From the IMG/VR virus record IMGVR_UViG_3300010052_000059, positions 1 through 52,510 of that record: a stretch of 52,510 nucleotides of DNA. One strand, given 5' to 3'. Shown here piece by piece: positions 17,161 to 26,037 of this stretch. Below the pieces are notes generated by a model. The model did no database searches. It was not told the origin of the DNA and worked only from the letters and a program-made list of their open reading frames with translations. The stretch is from a virus. Lineage: Duplodnaviria > Caudoviricetes. A program made the position numbers and the translations under genes. Numbering within the stretch: the first letter of the stretch is position 1; each line of letters starts with the position of its first letter.

Positions 17161-17525
17161 CGTCAGGGAACGATGCTGTTTTCCTCGATCACAATTCGCG
17201 AAGCCGTCGGGTCGGTGCTGTAGAGCGTGGACGCGAGGTCCTCGAAAAAAGTCTGCTTGGACAGAATGCTCGCGTGCTGGCCTCCGCCCAAAGGCGCAGC
17301 GGCCTTAGAAATCGCAGCCCGCGTGGCAAAGCAGGGAATGACTCGTGTGCCATCCGCGGTTTCCAACGTGAACAGAACGCCGTCTCCGTAGTCGTCCAGG
17401 ATTTCGATCTTCGGCGCGTGGTGTTTGTCGCCAACGCTGACCAGTCTTTGCATGAGAACTCCCGATTTGTTGAGCGCCAAATGGGTTGCAGGGTTCGAGG
17501 ACCTTGGCAAGGGGGTGCCGCATGA
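17157..17525 (+). CDS. Coupled ORF overlapping an antisense gene
   Basis: ATGA overlaps at both ends; ends GGAA like its neighbours. Confidence 0.4.
   Translation: MTSGNDAVFLDHNSRSRRVGAVERGREVLEKSLLGQNARVLASAQRRSGLRNRSPRGKAGNDSCAIRGFQREQNAVSVVVQDFDLRRVVFVANADQSLHENSRFVERQMGCRVRGPWQGGAA
17163..17453 (-). CDS. Antisense 96-aa protein (DUF1488-like by eye)
   Basis: GGGAG RBS; GVLFTL...IPCFATRAAI...FEDLA pattern. Confidence 0.6.
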   Translation of the reverse strand: MQRLVSVGDKHHAPKIEILDDYGDGVLFTLETADGTRVIPCFATRAAISKAAAPLGGGQHASILSKQTFFEDLASTLYSTDPTASRIVIEENSIVP

Positions 17526-18514
17526 CGGACATCGTGCCAGCCTCCGGCCGGGCTCCCACACGCCCGGTGCTGCGCTATCACGGCGGGAAATGGCGTCTCG
17601 CGCCATGGATCATCGAGCACTTCCCGCCGCATCGGGTGTACGTCGAGCCGTTTGGCGGCGCCGGGAGCGTGCTGCTGCGCAAGCCGCGCAGCTATGCCGA
17701 GGTCTACAACGACCGCTGGTGCGACGTCGTCAACGTGTTCCGCGTGCTTCGCGACCCGGTGCGGGCGCGGATCTTGAAACGCCTAATTGAACTCACGCCA
17801 TTCTCGCGCGACGACTTCGACGCCATCGACGAGAAAACGTTCGCGGCGACCGAAGATATCGTCGAGCGGGCGCGCCTCATGATCTTCCGCACGCTCGCCG
17901 GCTTCGGATCGAACGCTCAGGCGCTAGGCCGCAAGACGGGGTTCCGCAACAACTCGAGCCGCAGCGGCACGACGCCGGCGCAGGACTGGCGCAATTATCC
18001 GGACGCGATCGAGGCCTTCGTCGCCCGCCTGCAGGGCGTCGTGATCGAGAACCGCGAAGCAGCCGACGTGATGCTGCAGCACGATTCCGCTGAGACGCTG
18101 CACTACGTCGATCCGCCCTACGTGCACAGCTCGCGTTCGATGGCGAACCCCTACGATCTGAAATACGGGGGCTATGCCTTCGAGATGACCGACGCGCAGC
18201 ACAAGCGCCTCGCCAAGGTGCTGCACGACCTCGAGGGCATGGTCGTGATCTCCGGCTATCCGAGCGCGCTTTACGACCGGCTCTATCGCAAATGGCTTCG
18301 CATCGAAACCGTCGCGATGGCCGACGGCGCGCGTGAGCGCACCGAGTGCCTTTGGATCAACCCGGCCGCTGTCGCCGCCGGTGCCATCAAACAACCGACC
18401 ATGTTCGACTCTCTCGATGGCGCTTCGGATGCCCACGCCTTCGGCGCATCCGCGCCTGGCGCTTCGCGCCGGAAATCTCAATCGAAGAAACAACAGAGGA
18501 GCACGCACGCATGA
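17522..18514 (+). CDS. Dam-family DNA adenine methyltransferase
   Basis: RYHGGK, YVEPFGGAG, YVDPPY. Confidence 0.92.
   Translation: MTDIVPASGRAPTRPVLRYHGGKWRLAPWIIEHFPPHRVYVEPFGGAGSVLLRKPRSYAEVYNDRWCDVVNVFRVLRDPVRARILKRLIELTPFSRDDFDAIDEKTFAATEDIVERARLMIFRTLAGFGSNAQALGRKTGFRNNSSRSGTTPAQDWRNYPDAIEAFVARLQGVVIENREAADVMLQHDSAETLHYVDPPYVHSSRSMANPYDLKYGGYAFEMTDAQHKRLAKVLHDLEGMVVISGYPSALYDRLYRKWLRIETVAMADGARERTECLWINPAAVAAGAIKQPTMFDSLDGASDAHAFGASAPGASRRKSQSKKQQRSTHA
18419..18456 (+). repeat. UUC-bulged hairpin motif copy 3
   Basis: GGCGC-TTC-GGATGC-CCACGCCTTCGGC-GCATCC-GCGCC; 38 nt identical to 20416-20453. Confidence 0.9.
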
Positions 18515-18951
18515 TCACAATCGACGTCTCGAAGTTGCCGCATCTTGAAGCACGGCAGAAGGCTCTGCGAGATCAGGCGGAAGTCGACCGCATCGAAGAG
18601 GAAAAAGAAAACGACCCGCAACTGAAGGAGCTAATGGCCCGGCGAAGCGCTGCGCGGACGCGCCTGTACGAGGAGGCACGCGCACGCGAGCTCGAAGTGC
18701 TGACGCCGCTCGACGAGCAAGTCGATGCGCTGTCGAAGCCGTATTCTGAGCGGATGGACGCGATCAAGAAGGGCGAGGTCGAGTTCAGGATCAACTGGGA
18801 CGACGACTGCCGCCTGCAACTCTGCGAGCTATCCGGCCTACCGATCGTCGAAGACGAAGCGGTCGTTGAGGATTCCGACGCAACCGGCGGATTGATCATC
18901 CGTGCGCTGCTGCCGTTCCCGGCCGAACAGTCCGACGAGGAGGCCGCGTGA
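18511..18951 (+). CDS. Hypothetical coiled-coil protein
   Basis: GAGGAG RBS; coupled. Confidence 0.65.
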   Translation: MITIDVSKLPHLEARQKALRDQAEVDRIEEEKENDPQLKELMARRSAARTRLYEEARARELEVLTPLDEQVDALSKPYSERMDAIKKGEVEFRINWDDDCRLQLCELSGLPIVEDEAVVEDSDATGGLIIRALLPFPAEQSDEEAA

Positions 18952-19319
18952 TGTCGGACGAACCGCAGGAACTCGGCGGCAACCATGCCAAGGACTTCAA
19001 CGAGCGCCTCGACGCCTACGCGGGTGAGCTCGACGCGATCGAGAAGCACAAGGCGCAGGCCAAGCTGATCAAGGATGCCGCGAAGTCCGAAGGCTACGAC
19101 ATGAAGGCCTTCGCCCAGGTCGAAAAGCTGAAGCGCAAGGGCGCCGGGCAGATCGCCTCGCAGCTCGAATTCGAGATGGTGCGCAACACCTACCTCAAGG
19201 CCGCCGGTCTGCCGGCGACGCTTGAGGAAGCGCAGAAGCTCGCGGCGCAGGAAGCCGAAGCCGAGCCCGCACCGAAATCGGAGAAGCAGGAGAAGCGCCG
19301 CCGCGCGCGGATGAACTGA
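18948..19319 (+). CDS. GapR/DUF2312-like DNA-binding protein
   Basis: IKDAAKSEGYDMKAF...RK...Y pattern. Confidence 0.7.
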   Translation: MMSDEPQELGGNHAKDFNERLDAYAGELDAIEKHKAQAKLIKDAAKSEGYDMKAFAQVEKLKRKGAGQIASQLEFEMVRNTYLKAAGLPATLEEAQKLAAQEAEAEPAPKSEKQEKRRRARMN

Positions 19320-19328
19320 GGACCGAAC

Positions 19329-19559
19329 ATGAAAGCAAGAGACGAAAGCGCACTGGCGATGCACTTCGCGAAGGCAATGCCGATCGGCACGCGCTGCCGA
19401 TACTACCCCGTGCTGCCGGCAAACGAGGATGAATTCGAAGAAACCGTCATCCGCTCGGAGCCGTGGTTGCTCGGCCACGGCGCGGCTGTCGTGAAGATCG
19501 AAGGTCGCGCCGGTGGCGTCTTGATCAAACACGTTTTTCCAATTGGAGCGGCGACATAG
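19329..19559 (+). CDS. Hypothetical phage protein
   Basis: PIGT..RYYPV...SEPWLLGHGAAVV. Confidence 0.65.
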   Translation: MKARDESALAMHFAKAMPIGTRCRYYPVLPANEDEFEETVIRSEPWLLGHGAAVVKIEGRAGGVLIKHVFPIGAAT

Positions 19560-19572
19560 CACGGGGGTGACG

Positions 19573-19725
19573 ATGTCGAAGAAGGGAAAGAAAGGCGAGC
19601 GGTCAGGGATGGTGTTCGCCGGCACGATCAAGGTCGAGGGCAAGCCGATGCCATTCTGGCTGCCGCCGCACGTCTCGACCGAAAGCATCAAGCGACCAAT
19701 TCCGGAGGGGAAACCAGCACAATGA
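19573..19725 (+). CDS. Small hypothetical protein
   Basis: GGGGG RBS; coupled. Confidence 0.5.
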   Translation: MSKKGKKGERSGMVFAGTIKVEGKPMPFWLPPHVSTESIKRPIPEGKPAQ

Positions 19726-20075
19726 CATTGCTATCGAAGAAGCTCGAGGAAGTGCGCACGCGTCACTCGGATGCGTCGGCGCAGGAACTGGCGCAGGTCA
19801 TCGATCTCGGCGCCCGCATGAAGCAGCTCGACGATCGGCTGATCGATGCGCTCGACGACGTGCTCGAGGAGCACGCACAGCGTCGCGCCGTCGTGCACGA
19901 CAAGCTCGAAACCATCGCACGCTGCGCCGGACTGCTTCCGCCGCCGCCATCGCGCACAATCGAGCCGCCGCAGATCGAAGCCGGGAAGATGGCCCTGCCG
20001 AACGTGCTCGAGCGTGAGCGCGAGCGGCAGATCGCCAACGGCCACTATCAGCAGTCGCCGGCGGGGGTGCAGTGA
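19722..20075 (+). CDS. Hypothetical coiled-coil protein
   Basis: Coupled. Confidence 0.6.
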   Translation: MTLLSKKLEEVRTRHSDASAQELAQVIDLGARMKQLDDRLIDALDDVLEEHAQRRAVVHDKLETIARCAGLLPPPPSRTIEPPQIEAGKMALPNVLERERERQIANGHYQQSPAGVQ

Positions 20076-20362
20076 TGCAAGAACCGAAGCCGACACCGCT
20101 CACGCCGCAGCAGGAAGGTTTGCTGCGGCAGCTGATCGATAAGCTGAAAGGCTGGGACAAGCTGCTCTCGATGGGCAAGCCCGGCGCGAACCGGCTGCGC
20201 ACGATCCTCCGCGCCGAACTCGCGGATTATGAGCGCAAGCTCGAGCGCGAGCGCCCCTGCCACGACTGCGTCGGCACCGGGCGCGGGTCCGTAACCGATC
20301 CGATCATCCCCTGCGGCACGTGCAAGGGCAGCGGGCTCGCAAACCTCGAGGTGGCGGCATGA
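20072..20362 (+). CDS. Protein with DnaJ-type CxxCxGxG zinc finger
   Basis: CHDCVGTG, CGTCKGSG. Confidence 0.65.
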   Translation: MMQEPKPTPLTPQQEGLLRQLIDKLKGWDKLLSMGKPGANRLRTILRAELADYERKLERERPCHDCVGTGRGSVTDPIIPCGTCKGSGLANLEVAA

Positions 20363-20601
20363 AAGCCTACGCCTCACAGGAGAGCATCGCCGAGACGCTG
20401 ACGCAATGTGAGTTGGGCGCTTCGGATGCCCACGCCTTCGGCGCATCCGCGCCCTTTGCCATGGCCGAGCCGGACGATGAGCCGCTGCCGAAACGGACGC
20501 GCGAGCCGATCGTGGTCATCGATAGCCCGGCGATGGTGGCCGTCCTGGTCGAGAGAGAAAACGGGGAACGGCGGCTCGTGATCAGGGAAAGGCTCGCATG
20601 A
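20359..20601 (+). CDS. Hypothetical protein containing the hairpin motif
   Basis: Coupled; shares GASDAHAFGASAP with the Dam C-terminus. Confidence 0.5.
   Translation: MKAYASQESIAETLTQCELGASDAHAFGASAPFAMAEPDDEPLPKRTREPIVVIDSPAMVAVLVERENGERRLVIRERLA
20415..20454 (+). repeat. UUC-bulged hairpin motif copy 4
   Basis: Identical core to copy 3. Confidence 0.9.
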
Positions 20602-20831
20602 CAGCGCTCACCTACGCGTTCACCTTTTTCTGGTTGCTGTTCGGCTGTCGCCGGCCTGCGGACGAGCGCTGGGGTTACTTCGCCTTTGCCCTCGCAATTT
20701 TGGGTTCTCCCACGAGCGACTTGCCCAGTGCACCCGCGGCGAGCATCGGATTGGCAGCAAGCGTCGCCAGCACCTACGCGCTCTATCTGGCGCTGCGCGT
20801 GCGGGAGCTCCGCACGCGAGGTGTTGCATGA
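20598..20831 (+). CDS. Small membrane protein
   Basis: Hydrophobic; coupled. Confidence 0.55.
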   Translation: MTALTYAFTFFWLLFGCRRPADERWGYFAFALAILGSPTSDLPSAPAASIGLAASVASTYALYLALRVRELRTRGVA

Positions 20832-21100
20832 AACTTTTCCGCGCCTCGCGCCGCGAATTCGAAATCGAAGGATGCGACGACTACGACGGCCGTTACCGCC
20901 AGCTTTCTATCGGGGGCTGGTTCAGGCTCAAAAGCTCCGAGCGTGTTTGGCTGCAGGAGTTGTGGCTCGGACGGCTTCATATCGATCGGCATCCGCAAAC
21001 GGGGCGCATCGTTATGGTCTACGTCATCCCTAAGCTGACGGCGCCGGATGCCGGACGGAGGAAATCCCGCACCATCTACGTCCGGCGAGGTGACGTATGA
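20828..21100 (+). CDS. Hypothetical protein
   Basis: Coupled. Confidence 0.55.
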   Translation: MKLFRASRREFEIEGCDDYDGRYRQLSIGGWFRLKSSERVWLQELWLGRLHIDRHPQTGRIVMVYVIPKLTAPDAGRRKSRTIYVRRGDV

Positions 21101-22041
21101 GTGCCTCCGCCAAGATCACCGCGTGGCACGCGCCGGACGCCGACGTGCTCTGGTATCCGATCGAGGCCATGCGCTGGGTGGGTCTGCCCGTCATCGTGGC
21201 GCTGGCGCGCGGCGGAACCGAGATCGTCGCTGAGATTCGCAAACATCCGCGCCGCAAGACCTGGTGCTGGTATCAGCTCGGCTCCTGGGGTGGCGATAGT
21301 TACGGCTGGATGCGCTCGGACGTCATCGAACTGGAATTCGTGAACCGCGAGACGGAGCACTCGCCCCATGCTTTCAGGCCGCTCGATGCCGCTGCGTGGA
21401 AGCATCCGTTGCCTGAGCCGCTCGCGCCAGCTGTCAGTTTGAAACGGCCGCCAGCGGCCACGCCTGAGCCGCAGGAGGCGCTTGATCCGCATCACGGGTC
21501 GGACGACTGGCCTTATCCGGGCCTGCGCCTCGGCGCCGAAGGTGCCGTTCCGAAATCCCGCGAGGAGTGCGAAGCGCGAATCCTGCGCGCCTTCCGCACG
21601 TCGCATTCGAGCGCAGGCGGATTCGTCGGGCACATGTCGAGCGGGACCTGCGCCGACATCCCGCGCGAGCAGGTGCAGATCGCGCTCGCGCACTGCAACG
21701 CCGAGCGGATCCGCGAGGAGCTACGGCTGGGCGTCGCGCAGCCGCTCAACGCCGTCCGTTCCGGCTGGACGCCAACGAAACGCGACATCGGCGATTGGGT
21801 GCAGGCGCTGCAATGGCTGAACAGCGCCGATCCGGCGGACGTGCACGTCGTCGAGCTACGCGCGGCCGATCCGCCCTGGAGCTTCCGCCAGATCGCCGAG
21901 CGCATGCGCCTCGCGAGTCACAACACCGCGCGCCGCTGGTACGCGGACGCGATCAGTCATGCGTTTCAGTCGGCGCTTCGGTTGCCCAGTGCCAACCGCG
22001 CCGACGCCAGTGCCGAATTCAACGGAGGGGGACACGAGTGA
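21097..22041 (+). CDS. Protein with C-terminal sigma-4-like HTH, candidate late regulator
   Basis: VVELRA...WSFRQIAERM...NTARRWYADAI. Confidence 0.55.
   Translation: MSASAKITAWHAPDADVLWYPIEAMRWVGLPVIVALARGGTEIVAEIRKHPRRKTWCWYQLGSWGGDSYGWMRSDVIELEFVNRETEHSPHAFRPLDAAAWKHPLPEPLAPAVSLKRPPAATPEPQEALDPHHGSDDWPYPGLRLGAEGAVPKSREECEARILRAFRTSHSSAGGFVGHMSSGTCADIPREQVQIALAHCNAERIREELRLGVAQPLNAVRSGWTPTKRDIGDWVQALQWLNSADPADVHVVELRAADPPWSFRQIAERMRLASHNTARRWYADAISHAFQSALRLPSANRADASAEFNGGGHE
21969..22005 (+). repeat. UUC-bulged hairpin motif copy 5
   Basis: GTCGGCGC-TTC-GGTTG-CCCAGTGC-CAACC-GCGCCGAC. Confidence 0.85.
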
Positions 22042-22724
22042 ACGCAGCAGCCAAAATCGCGGCCGATCTCGGCTTGCGCACCGCTGACCAGGTGCAGCCG
22101 CCGGACGCCGCGGCCGAACCCGTCAAACGCCAGCTGATCCGATGGACGCAGCGCCGGCGCGACATCTTCAACTTCCTCGGCCCGGTCTCGATCTCGCTCG
22201 TCGCGACCGACGGGCCGATCAGCCTCACGCTGTGGGACCAGTGGGGCGGCGTCGTTCAGCGCATCGGCCACAACCGCGGCGTCTGGCCGGCGCGCATCGT
22301 CAAAGGCTCCGCCATGCGCGACGCCGCGACGACGACCTGGAACAAGTTTCCGCTGGCCTTCCTCGGCACGCAGGTTCGCCTCTGGTGCCTGCGCGAAGCC
22401 GACCGGGACAAGGTCGCGCTCTCGATCGTCGACCTGATCACCGCCCGCGCCGAGCGCGACGGCGGGCTCGAACGGCTCGAGCACGGCTTCCAGGACCTCG
22501 GCGCCGATCTTGATCTCGCGTTCTTCGAAATGGAGATGGCGGACGTCGCGCAGCGGCTCGGCGTGACGGTGTGGGACGACGAGGGCCTCGTGCGCTGGTT
22601 CGACAGCATCGGGAAGCGCTTCGACGCCTGGGCGGCCGACAAGCCCGGCGTGAAGTGGAGCGAGCGGGCGGTCGCCGGCATCGCGGCAAAGGACATCGAG
22701 GAATTCAAGAAAGGGGGCAGGTGA
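22038..22724 (+). CDS. Hypothetical protein
   Basis: GGAGGGGG RBS; GTGA coupling. Confidence 0.65.
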   Translation: MNAAAKIAADLGLRTADQVQPPDAAAEPVKRQLIRWTQRRRDIFNFLGPVSISLVATDGPISLTLWDQWGGVVQRIGHNRGVWPARIVKGSAMRDAATTTWNKFPLAFLGTQVRLWCLREADRDKVALSIVDLITARAERDGGLERLEHGFQDLGADLDLAFFEMEMADVAQRLGVTVWDDEGLVRWFDSIGKRFDAWAADKPGVKWSERAVAGIAAKDIEEFKKGGR

Positions 22725-23050
22725 TGGAAGGCAAGCCAGTTGAAAGCCGGGTTCTGAAACTCGAAGGCCTCGACCACAAATACGACATCGGACATGCGAT
22801 CGCGATCACTTACGGACGCGCCGTGATGGTGATCGTCGAGGGCCGGGACGGAATGACCGGCATCGGCCGCAGCGTGCCGTGGCCGGAGCACCCATTCGAA
22901 CTCGAGAAGGCGATCCAGCGGGCGCATTTCAAAGCACGAGGAAAGCTGGTGAAGGCGCGGCATTTCCGCGAACGCGATCGCGCAGCAGGCAAGCTCGCCG
23001 AGCGGCTCCATGAAAGCCGTGAGCGATTTACAGCCGAAGCAGCGGAGTGA
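22724..23050 (+). CDS. Hypothetical protein
   Basis: Coupled. Confidence 0.55.
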   Translation: MEGKPVESRVLKLEGLDHKYDIGHAIAITYGRAVMVIVEGRDGMTGIGRSVPWPEHPFELEKAIQRAHFKARGKLVKARHFRERDRAAGKLAERLHESRERFTAEAAE

Positions 23051-23268
23051 CGGGGATGGGTCTTCCGACTGATCCGCAAGAAGTGCGAGCGCTCGCCGAT
23101 GTGATCGCGGCTGACGTTCTGGCGTCGCGCGAGCGCACGTTTCACGGAATTCGCCGCGTTGCGCAGGCGTCGATCGCAACATTGCGGCCAGACCTCAAGG
23201 CGGTGGTCACGGTCAATCGAGCAACCGGGCTGGTCGAGATCGACATTCGCGAGAGAGGGAGAGCGTGA
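23047..23268 (+). CDS. Hypothetical protein
   Basis: Coupled. Confidence 0.5.
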   Translation: MTGMGLPTDPQEVRALADVIAADVLASRERTFHGIRRVAQASIATLRPDLKAVVTVNRATGLVEIDIRERGRA

Positions 23269-23501
23269 TGGTCTTCGCCTCTGGTGTCGTCTGGAAGGTG
23301 CATCTGCGGCTGCGCGACCTCGCCGCTCGCCCGCGCCTGTTCAACGACCGCATGCCGCCGCGCCGTGTGCACGCGCGCATCGAGCGCTTCCGCCGCTGGT
23401 GTGGCCCGATCCTGTGGGCCGTGCTCTGCGACTACGAACATCGGCGTATGCAACCCCGCAACTATCGGTGCGCGCGTCATTGGCCGAAGGATCTCCCGTG
23501 A
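23265..23501 (+). CDS. Hypothetical basic protein
   Basis: Coupled. Confidence 0.45.
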   Translation: MMVFASGVVWKVHLRLRDLAARPRLFNDRMPPRRVHARIERFRRWCGPILWAVLCDYEHRRMQPRNYRCARHWPKDLP

Positions 23502-23995
23502 CAGACGAACTCCCGATCATCGCGCTTTCGGTGCGGCAGCCATGGGCGTGGGCGATCATTCATGCCGGAAAGGACATCGAGAACCGCAGTTCTGCCGCCG
23601 TCGCGAAGGGTGCGATGGTCGCCGGAAAACGCATCGCGATCCACGCAGCCAAGGGCATGACGCAAGAGGAATACGCGTCGGCTTATGCCTTCATGCACGG
23701 CATCGACGTGCTGTGCCCGCCGCCTGGTGCTCTGCTACGTGGCGGCATCATCGGCAGCGTGCGCGTCAAGGACATCGTGCGCGCGAGCGAAAGCCCGTGG
23801 TTCTTCGGGCCGCGCGGCCTGGTGCTCACAGCACCGGAGCCGTGCGCCTTCATTCCGAGCGTCGGCGCGCTGGGGTTCTTCAAATGGAAAGAGCACGTCG
23901 GCGGCAACCTCGTCGCGCCCGCCCGCTGGATGTTGCCGAAAGGCGCCTCAACTGCCGACGCAAAACCGGACGTCACTCAGGGGGAACTGCTGTAA
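23498..23995 (+). CDS. ASCH-domain protein
   Basis: ALSVRQPWAWAIIHAGKDIENR, IAIHA, GGIIGSV. Confidence 0.85.
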   Translation: MTDELPIIALSVRQPWAWAIIHAGKDIENRSSAAVAKGAMVAGKRIAIHAAKGMTQEEYASAYAFMHGIDVLCPPPGALLRGGIIGSVRVKDIVRASESPWFFGPRGLVLTAPEPCAFIPSVGALGFFKWKEHVGGNLVAPARWMLPKGASTADAKPDVTQGELL

Positions 23996-25486
23996 ATGGA
24001 AGCATTTTTGAACGACGCGCCGGGTGCGGCGGGGCGAAAGCGGTCGCGTACGGCACTCGTCGCGGATCTGTTCTGCGGCGCTGGGTCATTGTCGATGGGC
24101 GCGCATGACGCTCTGACGGACCTCGGATACAGCCCGAAATTCGTGGCAGTCAATCACTGGCCGGTTGCCATCGACACGTACATGCGCAACCACGTCGGCG
24201 CCCGCGCCCATTGTGTGACGCTCGATGCCGCCTTCCCGGCGCAGCTCGTGCCCGAAGGCCGGCTTGATCTGCTGATGGCTGGCATCGAATGCACGTATTT
24301 CTCGCGGGCTCGAGGCGGAAAGCCGGTCAACGATCAGCAGCGTATGAGCGCCTGGCACGTGGTTCGGTGGTGTACGGAATTGCGCGTCAAGCGCGTGCTG
24401 CTCGAGAACGTGCCGGAATTCGTAGACTGGGGTCCAGTCGACGCTCGGTCCGGTAAGCCGATCAAGAGCCGCAAGGGCGAGTATTTCAAAGCTTTCAATG
24501 CAGCGATGGCGGCGATCGGGCTCAAGCTCGAGTGGCGGGTGATCAACTGCGTAAACTTCGGCGATGCCACGACACGCACTAGGCTGTTCGGCATGGCCCG
24601 CAGCGATGGCAAGCCGGTCGTCTGGCCGGTGCCGACGCATTCGAAGCGCGCGGATCTCTTCGGGTCCGAGCGCTGGCGCGTGGCCCGCGACATCATCGAT
24701 TGGTCGATCCCCGGCAAGTCGATCTTTGATCGCAAGAAACCGCTCGCGCCGAAGACGCTGGCCCGCATTGCCGCCGGCATCACGAAATTCAACTGGCCGG
24801 AGCCGTTCATCGTTGTGCTGCGCCAGCATTGCGATGCGCTGGGGATCGATGTGCCGCTTCCGACAATCACCGCCGGCGGCACGCACCTTGGCCTTGTGCA
24901 GCCATTCGTCCTGTCGCAGGCGTCGGGTGGGGCACCGCGTGACGTTGCGGAGCCGCTTCCGACCGTGCCGGGCGGTGGAGCGCATGCGCTGATAGCGCCG
25001 TACTATGGCTCAGGCTCCGGGGAGACGTGCAAATCCGTCAACGACCCACTGCCGACTGCTACGGCAAAGGCACGCTTCGGGCTCGTGATGCCGGTGACGC
25101 ATGACGGAAAGGGAAACCGCGCGCGACCACTTGACGACCCGCTGCCGACAATCACGGCTGCGCAGCGGGGCGAGCTCGCATTCATCACGGCCAGCTTCGG
25201 CGAGCGGCCGACACAGGCGCCCCGCGTGCACTCGATCGACGAGCCGTCTCCGACGATCTGCGCCACGGGACGCACGAACCTCGTGCAGGGCGTGAAAGAG
25301 GGGCGGTCACACGACATCCTGTTCCGCATGCTTGAGCCACACGAATTGGCAGCTGCAATGTCGATCTCGACGCCGGAAGCTCCCTATGTGTTCACCGGCA
25401 ACAAGACGGAAGTAGTCCGCCAGATTGGGCAGGCTGTTCCTCGGCGCACGGGCCGGGCTCTGACCAAAGCGCTGATGTCGACATGA
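23996..25486 (+). CDS. C5-cytosine DNA methyltransferase
   Basis: DLFCGAG, LENVPEF, TTRTRLF, RQIGQAV; catalytic region reads AGIEC. Confidence 0.9.
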   Translation: MEAFLNDAPGAAGRKRSRTALVADLFCGAGSLSMGAHDALTDLGYSPKFVAVNHWPVAIDTYMRNHVGARAHCVTLDAAFPAQLVPEGRLDLLMAGIECTYFSRARGGKPVNDQQRMSAWHVVRWCTELRVKRVLLENVPEFVDWGPVDARSGKPIKSRKGEYFKAFNAAMAAIGLKLEWRVINCVNFGDATTRTRLFGMARSDGKPVVWPVPTHSKRADLFGSERWRVARDIIDWSIPGKSIFDRKKPLAPKTLARIAAGITKFNWPEPFIVVLRQHCDALGIDVPLPTITAGGTHLGLVQPFVLSQASGGAPRDVAEPLPTVPGGGAHALIAPYYGSGSGETCKSVNDPLPTATAKARFGLVMPVTHDGKGNRARPLDDPLPTITAAQRGELAFITASFGERPTQAPRVHSIDEPSPTICATGRTNLVQGVKEGRSHDILFRMLEPHELAAAMSISTPEAPYVFTGNKTEVVRQIGQAVPRRTGRALTKALMST

Positions 25487-25971
25487 GGAAGCTCAGGGTT
25501 ACGAATGATTTTTGATGCGCTCTCGCTGAATTGCTTCGCGCCAATGGACAAGTTGCACGACAAGGAAGAGCAGAGAGTAAACGATGGGATATATTCCCAT
25601 CGTGCCCTTTAGGATTTGATCGGGGGAGATGTTTGCGCGCCATGCCGCGGCTGCGATAAGCGCTGTGGCGATGTTGGGGGCTGCAAGGGTGAATGCACGG
25701 CCGAACAACGACAGACGCTGAAGGGCGAGCGGCAGAGGTGGAATATCCTGAATCTTCTTCCTGACTGGTCGTGGCAGACATGGGCTGTGGCCTGCTCGGT
25801 TGTGCTCGTTTGTCTCGTTTTCGAAGCTGGTTTTAGGGTTCACAGGCCGGTCGCCGAAGCCGCTAAGCGTAAGAGCGATGACGAAGGTTTTGGATTAGCG
25901 GCGTTGAAGATCATGGCGGGCCTGAAACCTGGGCTGGAAGCGGAACGCCGGAAGGCAGAATAGCCGAAAAT

Positions 25972-25999
25972 AACCCCGGAAGCCTGAGCCTCCGGGGTT
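25972..25999. terminator. Hairpin, probable terminator
   Basis: AACCCCGGAAGC-ctga-GCCTCCGGGGTT. Confidence 0.55.
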
Positions 26000-26037
26000 C
26001 GATCTTATCGGGTTTTCCTTATAGTTGCTCTCTGCAA

